The notes under the pieces were generated by a model that saw only the letters and a list, made by a program, of their open reading frames with translations, did no database searches and was not told the DNA's origin. The position numbers were made by a program, and so were the translations under genes. Below, one piece after another: positions 30,457-39,502 of a stretch of 58,344 nucleotides of DNA (positions are counted from its first letter, which is position 1; every line of letters begins with the position of its first letter). Origin of the DNA: Promethearchaeota archaeon (GTDB lineage: Archaea > Asgardarchaeota > Lokiarchaeia > Sigyniarchaeales > SOKP01); assembly GCA_018238625.1 (NCBI GenBank), contig JABCSY010000011.1, positions 1 through 58,344 on the forward strand, given 5' to 3'.

Positions 30457-30694
30457 ATTAGAAATAATTTTTTTAAAGCAAGATTATCCCTTAACTTCTC
30501 TTTTTCCGTCTCTAATTATGTTAAGATTAACAATTACTAATTGATAGTTTTTGGAGTATTATTTAAAGGTACCTACCCCACCCTAGATTTTGGTTTTAAG
30601 TTGTTTTTGTGAAAAAAGATCAAAAATCTTTTTTTAAAACATCTTCCCTTTGATACTTTGTAACCTAACTCAAATTTAAGCTTTATTCCCCAGA

Positions 30695-30724
30695 ATTGAG
30701 GACAAATTTTATTATGTCCTCAAT
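30695..30724. promoter_or_regulatory. 10-bp perfect inverted repeat, candidate operator
   Basis: attgaggaca-N10-tgtcctcaat upstream of a winged-helix gene. Confidence 0.5.
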
Positions 30725-30860
30725 GTTGGAGAATAATTATTGGTAACATTAAAAATGGGGTTCAGATTTTCGTTTTCATAAAATTTCTTTTCTTATCTAT
30801 ATGAAATACGATTATCAATTACCAAAAATTTATATAAGTTTAAATTCTTCTATTTTTTAC

Positions 30861-30985
30861 TGGTTTGAAAATAAAGATAAAAAAGATATTTTCTTTTCAG
30901 TCCTCCGAGCTTATAGACTCGTCCCAATCGAAAATAGGCTCCTAAATGAGAGATAAATGGGACCTTATACTATAATATAAAACCA
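30861..30985 (+). promoter_or_regulatory. Candidate structured 5' leader RNA
   Basis: TATA-like tttatata near 30830; stems tggttt/aaacca, gaaaata/tattttc, cgag/ctcg, gtccca/tgggac. Confidence 0.35.
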
Positions 30986-31023
30986 AAACGAAGGAAAATG
31001 ACAGAAACTCAACTTGATATAAT

Positions 31024-31587
31024 ATGACTCCACAGAAAAGCCCTACCAAAAGTCCTAAGTTAAGTAAAAATAAATTTAACTTAAAAAAGCTATCTATGCG
31101 AGAGTTTGAAGCCTTTCTGATTTTTTTAAGGCACGAAGGAGAAGAATTAAGTGTTTTAAAAAAGTTTATAGATTTGAGTTTTGATCACACAAGCAGAACA
31201 AAAGGTTACGATTACATAAATGTCTTATGCCAGAAAGGTTTTGCTTATAAGAAAACGACTCCTGAAAAGGGAAAAAAAGTAACGAGGATTTTTATAAGAA
31301 AACAAATTAGAAGAGAATACGAAAAATTTATATTACCCACGATTGGAAGCATAAAAGAATCTTTGGAAGATGTCTTCGAGGAATACATAGACGACCTTAA
31401 AGATGTGGAAAAAATACGCGAGAAATTTAGAGCATACACTGAAAATGTTATATTATCAATTAGTAATTTATTAGTAAACGAGTCTGCAAAAACTTTAAAC
31501 ACTAAACGATTTCATAAAAAACTAAACAACACGATTTGGAAATATTTTAGGGCTGAAATGTTAAAATACGAAATGTTCTCAAAATAA
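31024..31587 (+). CDS. Putative winged-helix DNA-binding protein
   Basis: LSMREFEAFL...SRTKGYDYINVLCQKGFAYK..GKK.TRIF resembles a MarR/TrmB-type wHTH. Confidence 0.55.
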   Translation: MTPQKSPTKSPKLSKNKFNLKKLSMREFEAFLIFLRHEGEELSVLKKFIDLSFDHTSRTKGYDYINVLCQKGFAYKKTTPEKGKKVTRIFIRKQIRREYEKFILPTIGSIKESLEDVFEEYIDDLKDVEKIREKFRAYTENVILSISNLLVNESAKTLNTKRFHKKLNNTIWKYFRAEMLKYEMFSK

Positions 31588-31663
31588 AAGGGAATAATTT
31601 ATAAAATCTAACAGCTAGTTTAATTTACTAAAATTTTATATTTAATTAAAAGACGGGGATAAA

Positions 31664-32389
31664 TTGTTACTTCAGAGCGCTTTGTCAGAAAGAATAATTA
31701 TAGTTATTTTATTCCAGATATGGCCAATTGTATATGATTCTTTTTTTGCGTATAAATTATTAAAACGCGCAAAAAATCGATCAACAGCTACTCTAAGTTG
31801 CCTTTTTAGTTTTAATGCACTTGCTTTTTTCCTTGGTTTTGTTTCAATTTTTCTTGCCAACACACCTTTTGCATATCTCTGTTATATAATCGCTTTTTAT
31901 AGTTTGATATTCGCTCATAGTTTCATAGTAATCTTTAGTTGGCTTCTGGTAAAAATTGACGAGAAAACATCTTACAAAAAATATTTCTTAGGGATTTTGA
32001 TTTATGGAATCTTTTCAACTTATGTCTTCTGGGTAGGAATATTTTTCGAAGGGATTAGATACGATTCTGGTACAGGTTGGATACCTGTTTTTAGCTGGTT
32101 ATTTCTTTTTATCAGTTATAGCTATATAATAATTTTTTTAATCGTTCCCGAAATAATTTTAGCAGTCAAGCTAATAAATTTATTTGAGGGTAAACTATTA
32201 AAACGCCGAATTAAATTGTTTATAATTAGCACGTTTTCAGAACTTGCTATTGTACTTTTCATAGTTTTATATAATACTTGGATAGACAATAATCTTGTTT
32301 TCAAGGTAATTTATTTTTTAATAACGCAACCCGTAGGCACTCTAGCAGCTTATTTTATTTACAGGAGCTTTGGAAAAGGATTGGAATAA
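31664..32389 (+). CDS. Seven-TM membrane protein (sensor-type, no output domain)
   Basis: About 7 hydrophobic helices, TGWIPVFS loop, LKRRIKLF basic loop. Confidence 0.7.
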   Translation: MLLQSALSERIIIVILFQIWPIVYDSFFAYKLLKRAKNRSTATLSCLFSFNALAFFLGFVSIFLANTPFAYLCYIIAFYSLIFAHSFIVIFSWLLVKIDEKTSYKKYFLGILIYGIFSTYVFWVGIFFEGIRYDSGTGWIPVFSWLFLFISYSYIIIFLIVPEIILAVKLINLFEGKLLKRRIKLFIISTFSELAIVLFIVLYNTWIDNNLVFKVIYFLITQPVGTLAAYFIYRSFGKGLE

Positions 32390-32463
32390 TTTAATGTAAA
32401 TATTAAAAATTCTATTTTATACTCTTATACTTGATTAGATTAACGCTAAATAGTTTAAAAGGT

Positions 32464-32582
32464 GACTCCTAGCCCCGCGACCTAATAATAAGGTCATAAA
32501 CTAAATAGGGAGAGAAGGGTGAAACGAAGTGTGCGTTCAAACACACTACCAAAAGACAAAAATCCAGGGTGGGGCAGGAGTC
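32464..32582 (+). ncRNA. Candidate ~120-nt structured non-coding RNA
   Basis: GC-rich island between convergent genes; closing stem GACUCCU-A-GCCCCGC/GUGGGGC-AGGAGUC; hairpins GACCU/AGGUC and AGUGUG/CACACU. Confidence 0.55.
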
Positions 32583-32726
32583 TTTGTTATTTGTTAGTTT
32601 TATATTTCTGTCTATTTTTCTCTAATTCTCCCTTTAGTTGTAATTATTATTATTACATACTCTAATAAACTTTTGTGTGATTTAAATTAAAGATTAAGTT
32701 AATTTTTTTTCTGAGTAATGATAATA

Positions 32727-33446
32727 TTAAAGTTTTTGAAGAACATTTAAAGCAATTTCCGTTGAGATTTTTGCTTCTTCTACAGTAACCATTCCAATCG
32801 TCGAACAACATATATTATGCTCAGAGATATATTCATAAGCTTTACGCGGTTCTAACTTACCTGCTGCTAAAGTTTTCATTCCTATAAAATAATGATCCTT
32901 ATGGTTATTTACAATGTTTTCTAACTTTTTTTGTTCTCCCATGAACATTCCTCGAGCGTTAAAGGGGATTAGAAAAGCTTTAACGTAAGGAAGGTGTTCG
33001 AAGGCGTATTCTAAAGTAGAAATTGGGTTATGAGCGGCAATACCGGGAATAATCCCTCTTGATTTAATATCGTCTAATAGCTTTATTAATTTATCGTCCT
33101 TCTTATCTGAAATCATTCCGTGCGCGAAAATTAACTTAGCATCAAGATTTGCAAGTTCTTCAATTAATGGATCGGGTCCAGGAAAAGTAGAGCCTGTTAT
33201 TACAAAATCGTCGTGAGTTTCTGCCATTATTCTTGCAGCTTCAGTAACTTTACCCGCGGGCACTAATTCTATACCACGCCCTCCAGCTTCATAGCACGCT
33301 TCTAATATCTCCAGTACTGCTTCCGGGTTATTCAAAAACTTTTTGCGGTAAATTCGTGCGTTTTTTCCAAACTGCGAAGCCCCTAAAAAAGGGGAAGTCC
33401 CTGTCGAAACTAATGGGATTTGTTGGCCTTCTATTTCGTAAAATAT
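32727..33446 (-). CDS. Aldo/keto-reductase-like TIM-barrel protein (N-terminus extended)
   Basis: Frame continues upstream of 33335 as IFYEIEGQQIPLVSTGTSPFLGASQFG; PGIAAHNP, IPFN..G, GMKTLAAGKL. Confidence 0.7.
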   Translation of the reverse strand: MFYEIEGQQIPLVSTGTSPFLGASQFGKNARIYRKKFLNNPEAVLEILEACYEAGGRGIELVPAGKVTEAARIMAETHDDFVITGSTFPGPDPLIEELANLDAKLIFAHGMISDKKDDKLIKLLDDIKSRGIIPGIAAHNPISTLEYAFEHLPYVKAFLIPFNARGMFMGEQKKLENIVNNHKDHYFIGMKTLAAGKLEPRKAYEYISEHNICCSTIGMVTVEEAKISTEIALNVLQKL

Positions 33447-33492
33447 AACATCTCAACTTTAATTTGTTAGTCTTAAGAAAAATCTATCAAAT

Positions 33493-33572
33493 AATTTTAA
33501 TGAATTATAAAAAATATAAAAAGGTGCTCATCTAAATTAAATTAAATTAATTAAAGAAAAGTGTATAAAAAT
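33493..33572 (+). repeat. Diverged copy of the promoter/5'UTR of the CocE gene (35172-35262)
   Basis: aattttaatgaatta..tataaaaag..catc.aaattaaa..gaaaa(a)gtgtataaaaat shared by both. Confidence 0.75.
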
Positions 33573-33575
33573 CTA

Positions 33576-33734
33576 AAAGATCATGTTAATTTAGGGTTTT
33601 TGATTATAAATTTAGAAAAAGAAGAAATTAATCTTTTTGAATGAAGTGAAAAAACAACGAGACACTTGAAAATTAATTCTCTTGAAGAAATTGATTGAGA
33701 AAGAATCAATAGATTGCTGAAACTTATAAAATAA
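33576..33734 (+). pseudogene. DUF1801-like gene remnant
   Basis: KDHVNLGFLIINLEKEEINLFE*SEKTTRHLKINSLEEID*ERINRLLKLIK*; no start, two internal TGA. Confidence 0.6.
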
Positions 33735-33752
33735 GTGAAAATTAAGAAAGAA

Positions 33753-34772
33753 TTAAAGGTTCAACCTATTAGATGCCATGTCTATCCATTTATTAAAAAG
33801 TTTAAAATAATTTTTAAAGATTTCTTCAATAGATTGCTCTATTACCTCTGCTTTGTCAATTATTTTAAAATTATCCAGAATTTGCTGAAATTCTTGTATA
33901 AATTTTATGCTGCATTTCTTACACAAACTACCTTTTAGAGATGTAAAGAAATCTGGGTTAAACTTCTTTACTTTTCGATAGCCTTTCGTTGTAACCATCT
34001 TTTGGACTTTGTATATTTCCCCTACAGGATCTAATAAGCCTTTCCTATATTCTGTTTCTAAATGTGGTGCTTTGAATTTATAACCTGAATAAGCGGATAT
34101 TGGAATTTTACCGTTGATTTCCCAGATAAGTTTTTTAATCTTTTGAGCACAAATAAATTCCTGATTCTCCTTTACTTCCATACTTATTCCACAATACAAA
34201 CATTCATCAATCTTATTTTTTTCGAGTAAATGCTTCATTTTCTTCAAACTCGAAGAATTAATAGTTAAATTAATCATATTTGGAGTTGTTGATCTAATAT
34301 CTCTCTCACCTTTGACAATTTGAAGGCTCTCCCTAATCTTTTTATCATCAAATGACAGTTTGGTTGCTTTTTCTAAATAAAAAATTGCCTTTTCTTTATC
34401 TCCTAAATAATAATACATTAAACCAGCCCCATACCAACACCATTTATTTTTAGGCGTGATTTCTCGAGCTTTTTCATAAGCTTTAAGAGCCTCATCGAAT
34501 TGTGCATCTGTTTTGTAGGCAACTGCTAAATTAATCCAAGCTTGAGAATTTTGAGGGTCAATCTTAACCGCTGTTATATAATTCTCAAATGCTTTTTTCA
34601 AATTCCTTAATCGAAAATATGCAAATCCAGTATTACTCCATGCCCATACATTGGTAGGATCAAATAATTTTGCTTTTTTATATGCTTTTAAAGAACGTTT
34701 ATATTCTCCTTTATTAGAAAACTCTAAACCCTTATTAATATATCCTTGAGCGTAAGCTTTATCTTTTTTCAT
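33753..34772 (-). CDS. Tetratricopeptide repeat protein with C-terminal Cys-pair domain
   Basis: About 4 TPRs (AW.N.G.AY...A...Y.KA...P); CLYC and CKKC. Confidence 0.85.
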   Translation of the reverse strand: MKKDKAYAQGYINKGLEFSNKGEYKRSLKAYKKAKLFDPTNVWAWSNTGFAYFRLRNLKKAFENYITAVKIDPQNSQAWINLAVAYKTDAQFDEALKAYEKAREITPKNKWCWYGAGLMYYYLGDKEKAIFYLEKATKLSFDDKKIRESLQIVKGERDIRSTTPNMINLTINSSSLKKMKHLLEKNKIDECLYCGISMEVKENQEFICAQKIKKLIWEINGKIPISAYSGYKFKAPHLETEYRKGLLDPVGEIYKVQKMVTTKGYRKVKKFNPDFFTSLKGSLCKKCSIKFIQEFQQILDNFKIIDKAEVIEQSIEEIFKNYFKLFNKWIDMASNRLNL

Positions 34773-34866
34773 TAAGAAAACCACTATTATAGTTCAAATA
34801 TTTGAAATTTTTACATTATGGAATTTAAATAATATAATTAATATTAAAAAAAAGAGAATAAAAATT

Positions 34867-35064
34867 TTATCCTAGATATTTTTGGAGAAAATTCCAAATA
34901 ATTTTGTTTGTTCCTTCTGGAGCTTTAATATTAAAAGAATTAGCCATTCTTGGAATAGTTTCCAACGTTAAATCAGATATTAGCCCATGAATAGGATTTA
35001 CATCTCTTTGAATTGGCTTTTTAAGTTTTAAATCCTCTTTAAAATAATTACTATTTGAAGAATC
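34867..35064 (-). pseudogene. Possible 3' remnant of a gene
   Basis: Open ~65-codon frame ...KPIQRDVNPIHGLISDLTLETIPRMANSFNIKAPEGTNKIIWNFLQKYLG* without a start at its 5' end. Confidence 0.3.
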
Positions 35065-35260
35065 TCAAAAAAAAAGCTCTATAGTTTAAAACTTATTAAA
35101 AGTTGATTCAAAATAAAATTAACAATTTGATTTACTCCATATTGCTATGCAAATCACATTATTGTTAAGAAAATTTTAATGAATTAAAAAAATTATAAAA
35201 AGATATACATCCAAATTAAACTAAATATAATCAAATTAAATAGAGAAAAAGTGTATAAAA

Positions 35261-37084
35261 ATGACAGACCCAAATGCCATAAAAAATAATCCTTTTAAGG
35301 ATTTAGGTGAAATTCCAGAGAATAAATACCACGATGGATACACCCTCGATTCAACTTACATTACAGTGAGAGATGGCGTTAAAATCGCTGCAACAATTTG
35401 CCTTCCTAAGGGACTTTCTCCCGAAGAAAAAATCCCTACAATATTAACTCAAACGAGATATTGGAGAGCGATGGAATTGAGAATTCCATTTAGATGGCTT
35501 TTTGATAGTATGATAACAAACTCTCCAAACCCAGAAATTGTTACTAGTCGAGGCTATGCTCTCATTTATACAGACGTTAGAGGGACTGGGGCATCATTTG
35601 GTACGAGAATAATACCATTTTCCGAAGAGGAAATAAAAGATGGTTCTGATATAGTTGATTGGATTATAACTCAACCTTGGTCGGACGGAAATGTAGTTTC
35701 TAAGGGAATTTCATACACAGGGACGACGGCAGAATTATTTTCTAGAAATAATCATCGGGCAATAAAAGCGGTTATGCCCGGACACGGATTTTGGGACCCG
35801 TATACTGACGTAGCTTTCCCAGGAGGTTGTTATGACCATGCCTTTATGCAGTTGTGGTCGTTTCTAGGGAAAAACTTAGATTTGAACAGCCCTAAAGTAT
35901 TTTCGCAGATAATGCCAGAAGTCTGGTTATTTGTAAAAGGCGTAAAACCGGTAAGCTCTGATACGGATCTAAAATTATTACAGGATGCTATAAGTCAACA
36001 TGAATTGAATCAATATGTATATGGACATACTGTAAAAAGTGATTTTCGCGACGATAAACTTCCTGACGGCACTGTTTTTGACGATATTAGTATATTTGCT
36101 CGGAAAGAAAAAATTGAAAGTTCAAAAGTTCCAATTTTGGCTTGGTGCTCGTGGTATGATTCAGGGTATGGAGACGCAATAATTAATCGATTTATGAACT
36201 TAAGCAATCCCACGATCGCTATTTTAGGTGATTGGACTCACGGAGCTGGATTACCAGCCAACCAATTTTATCCAGAACGGGCCATAGTGACTCCGAAACC
36301 ACGAGATAGAATTAATGCTTGGATCAATTTCTTCGATAAATGCGTGTATGGCGATGGAATACAAGGAAAAACGCTATATTACTATACATTGGTAGAAGAA
36401 GAGTGGAAAAAAACTAATATATGGCCACCTTTAGGACATAATTATCAAAAATGGTTTTTTTCAGAAAACTATTCTTTAAAGAGAGAAGAACCAGCGGCTG
36501 ACGTTGGATCTGATAACTACAAAATTAATTTTCGGACCACAACTGGGCGAAATAATAGGTGGTGGGCACTATTAGGTTTACCTATAACATATTACAATAG
36601 AAATAAGATCGATGAGAAACTCCTATGTTATACAAGCCAACCATTCGGAGCTGATACAGAAATCACGGGACAAATAATTCTTTGTTTATATGTAGCATCA
36701 ACATACGAGGATGGCGCAATTTTTGCCTATCTTGAGGACGTTGATGAAAGTGGGAATGTTACTTATATTACAGACGGAGAATTTAGAATGATTCACAGAA
36801 AAATATTATCTACAGAACCGCCTTATAAAATGTTAATTCCGTATCATAGTTATAATAAAGAAGACGCGGCTCCACTTGTTCCTGGAGAGATAACAGAGGT
36901 TAAGTTTGGATTACACGCAACTTCAGTTCTGGTTAAAAAGGGACATAGAATTAAAATTGCTATTGCTGGAGCAGATAAAGACACATTTATACGTTATCCT
37001 AAAGAAGGAAGGCCAATAATTACTATCTCTCGAAATAAAGAATTTCCATCTTATATTAAACTTCCAATTATAAAGAAGGAGTAA
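35261..37084 (+). CDS. CocE/NonD family serine hydrolase (peptidase S15)
   Basis: VRDGVKIA, DVRGTGASFG, WSDGNV..KGISY.G, SWYD, GDWTHG, PepX_C-like C-terminus. Confidence 0.92.
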   Translation: MTDPNAIKNNPFKDLGEIPENKYHDGYTLDSTYITVRDGVKIAATICLPKGLSPEEKIPTILTQTRYWRAMELRIPFRWLFDSMITNSPNPEIVTSRGYALIYTDVRGTGASFGTRIIPFSEEEIKDGSDIVDWIITQPWSDGNVVSKGISYTGTTAELFSRNNHRAIKAVMPGHGFWDPYTDVAFPGGCYDHAFMQLWSFLGKNLDLNSPKVFSQIMPEVWLFVKGVKPVSSDTDLKLLQDAISQHELNQYVYGHTVKSDFRDDKLPDGTVFDDISIFARKEKIESSKVPILAWCSWYDSGYGDAIINRFMNLSNPTIAILGDWTHGAGLPANQFYPERAIVTPKPRDRINAWINFFDKCVYGDGIQGKTLYYYTLVEEEWKKTNIWPPLGHNYQKWFFSENYSLKREEPAADVGSDNYKINFRTTTGRNNRWWALLGLPITYYNRNKIDEKLLCYTSQPFGADTEITGQIILCLYVASTYEDGAIFAYLEDVDESGNVTYITDGEFRMIHRKILSTEPPYKMLIPYHSYNKEDAAPLVPGEITEVKFGLHATSVLVKKGHRIKIAIAGADKDTFIRYPKEGRPIITISRNKEFPSYIKLPIIKKE

Positions 37085-37101
37085 ATTAACTCATTAAATA
37101 G

Positions 37102-37473
37102 GTGATAGAAGAAATGGAAGAAATTTTACCAAGTTTAAAAGGCATGTTAAAAGACGCGATTGATATAAAGTCAGATGTAACCAGATTAGGAATAATTATA
37201 ACAGTACTTAATAAAATTAAAGGTAATGTAGCAGATCCTGACGAAATCTTAGTTATGCTAAAAATGTTTGGTGGGTTAAAGGAAGACGTCCCCATGGAAA
37301 TAAATATTAACAATGAAACGCAGATTATCGAAATAAAGTTTCAAAATGAAGAAGACTTTAAAAAAATCCAAAAAATTATGGAAACCATCTGGGATGATGC
37401 TGTGGATATGCTCGAACAAGCCTCACAAGGCGACTTTAGTCGCATTAAAAACATTCCTAATATTGACGATTAG
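37102..37473 (+). CDS. Hypothetical protein
   Basis: 123-aa ORF directly downstream of the CocE gene. Confidence 0.65.
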   Translation: MIEEMEEILPSLKGMLKDAIDIKSDVTRLGIIITVLNKIKGNVADPDEILVMLKMFGGLKEDVPMEININNETQIIEIKFQNEEDFKKIQKIMETIWDDAVDMLEQASQGDFSRIKNIPNIDD

Positions 37474-37494
37474 ATTTAACTTCTTTTTTTATTT

Positions 37495-38484
37495 TTAATT
37501 CACTTTTGTTTTTGTATGTTTTTGTTTTAATAAAGAGAAGAAGTCAGTTAAATCGATATTTCCCCCACTAATTATAAGCCCAATTTTTTTTCCTTTAATT
37601 AACGACGGGTCTATAGCGCCGAATAACAACCCTGCTAAGGGAACTGCTCCCGAAGGTTCTACAACTAATTTCATGCGCTCCCAATAGAATTTCATCGCGT
37701 CAATAATTTGTTCTTCTGTAACCGTAATAATATCGTCGACGAACTCTTGGATTATAGGAAACGTTAATTCCCCCACTGAGGTTCTCAATCCATCAGCAAT
37801 AGTATTTGGGTTTTCTACAGGGACTCTCTTTCCTAATTGGAACGACCTAAATGTATCGTCAGCGTTTTTAGGTTCTATACCAATAACTTTAATCCTCGGA
37901 TCCAACCCTTTAGCTGCTATAGAGCATCCACTAATTAACCCACCTCCGCCAACAGGAAGAAGTAATAGGTCTATAGAACTGTAATTTTTGATAAATTCAT
38001 AAGCAGTAGTTCCTGCACCAAAAATTACGTTGAGATCGTCAAAAGGGTGAATTAGCTTATAATCGTACTGTTCTATTAATTCAGTGGATATTTTGTCTCG
38101 ATCACCCGGTTGGTTCCCACATAAAACGACTTCAGCGCCATAACCGCGTGTAGCAGCAATTTTAGACGGTGTTGCATTATTAGGCATGACAATTGTAGCT
38201 TTAATATGTAAAATTTTAGCTACTAAAGCAACTGCTTGAGCAAAGTTTCCTGATGAGTGAGCAATAATTCCATACTTCCTTTCTTGCGTAGGTATGTGGC
38301 TTATGCAATTCCAAGCCCCCCTAAACTTAAACGAACCTGTTCTTTGAAAATTTTCACATTTTACTATTACTCTTTTTGCACTTACCAACGAATCTAAAGT
38401 TCTGCTAGCCATCAATGGCGTTCGGTTTGCAACATGGGACACTATTTTTTCGGCAAGTTTTACGTTTTTAAATATGTTAATCAA
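37495..38484 (-). CDS. PLP-dependent serine/threonine dehydratase-serine racemase family
   Basis: KCENFQRTGSFKFRGA, HSSGNFAQA, PVGGGGLISG, EPSGA, ISGGN. Confidence 0.92.
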   Translation of the reverse strand: MINIFKNVKLAEKIVSHVANRTPLMASRTLDSLVSAKRVIVKCENFQRTGSFKFRGAWNCISHIPTQERKYGIIAHSSGNFAQAVALVAKILHIKATIVMPNNATPSKIAATRGYGAEVVLCGNQPGDRDKISTELIEQYDYKLIHPFDDLNVIFGAGTTAYEFIKNYSSIDLLLLPVGGGGLISGCSIAAKGLDPRIKVIGIEPKNADDTFRSFQLGKRVPVENPNTIADGLRTSVGELTFPIIQEFVDDIITVTEEQIIDAMKFYWERMKLVVEPSGAVPLAGLLFGAIDPSLIKGKKIGLIISGGNIDLTDFFSLLKQKHTKTKVN

Positions 38485-38646
38485 CCTCTTAATCGTTATT
38501 TATAAATCTATCGTTAAATTTAGAGCTTTTATTTGTTTTTATTTCTTATTAATAATAAATGTGTGTAATCTTAAAAAAAATACTTAAAAATCGAATGTTT
38601 GAAGTTAAATATAAGTTTAAATAAAAAAAGAAACAACACAATACTT

Positions 38647-39459
38647 ATGCCATTTGTAGAACTTGATAAAGGTTATAAAATTTTCTATTTAGATAAAGGT
38701 AAAGGGAAGAACTTAGTTTTCATTCACGGTTTTTTAGGTTCTTCTTGGCTATACCAAGCCCAAATCGATCACTTCTCTAGTAAATATCGAACGATAGCAA
38801 TAGATCATTTAGGTCACGGTAAAAGCGACAAACCTGAATCTGAATCTTATGAGTTATCAGATTTAACGCAATATTTAGAGGAAACGCTTTCAAAAATTAT
38901 TGGCGACGAAAAAATAATCCTTGTTGGACATTCAATGGGTGGGATGATAAGCTTAATTTACGCCACGAATCCTAAATTCGCAAAAAGGTTAAAAGGATTA
39001 ATTTTGATGGCTACTGCCCCTAAATTAAATAATCCTGGTTTAGTGCAATATGTTAAAGATTTAAAATCGGGCGAGATGTCCCTAAAGGATAGGGAATCTA
39101 TAGAAACAGTTTTTGTTGGTCTTTGCTTTCAACGAAAAGCTAGGAAAGAACAAACGGAATTAATCAAAGAATTTGTTGATCGGACTCTTGAAAATGAGGA
39201 ATATGTTGGCCTTCGAACGATGGAATCGATAGTTAATAACTTTGACGTTGAAGATAAGCTAAAAGACATAAGCGTTCTAACTCTAATTCTTTCTGGCGAT
39301 AGAGACTTGTTTATTCTCCCTGAAGAATCGAAAATTATGAATGAAAAGATTCCTAACTCTAATTTAGTAATTCTTACTCCGAAAATCGGTCATATGATTC
39401 AATACGAAGCCTATGAAGATTATACAAAAGCAATTGAAGATTTTTTAAAAACTGTTTGA
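38647..39459 (+). CDS. Alpha/beta hydrolase
   Basis: FIHGF, D.LGHGKS, GHSMGG, GDRD, GHM. Confidence 0.9.
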   Translation: MPFVELDKGYKIFYLDKGKGKNLVFIHGFLGSSWLYQAQIDHFSSKYRTIAIDHLGHGKSDKPESESYELSDLTQYLEETLSKIIGDEKIILVGHSMGGMISLIYATNPKFAKRLKGLILMATAPKLNNPGLVQYVKDLKSGEMSLKDRESIETVFVGLCFQRKARKEQTELIKEFVDRTLENEEYVGLRTMESIVNNFDVEDKLKDISVLTLILSGDRDLFILPEESKIMNEKIPNSNLVILTPKIGHMIQYEAYEDYTKAIEDFLKTV

Positions 39460-39502
39460 AGGAATTTACTAAAGCTTTTTTTTTTAACTTTTTTTTCAAA
39501 AT

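Noticed and set aside
30901-30963. c-di-GMP-I riboswitch
   Set aside because: Only a superficial CGAAA loop; the conserved core is not present.
32464-32582. 5S rRNA, tRNA or hammerhead ribozyme
   Set aside because: Length fits 5S, but there is no CCGAAC loop motif, no cloverleaf and no CUGANGA core.
33642-33698. In-frame TGAs as selenocysteine or recoding
   Set aside because: They fall at non-Cys positions of a start-less fragment, and TGA ends several intact genes in the window.
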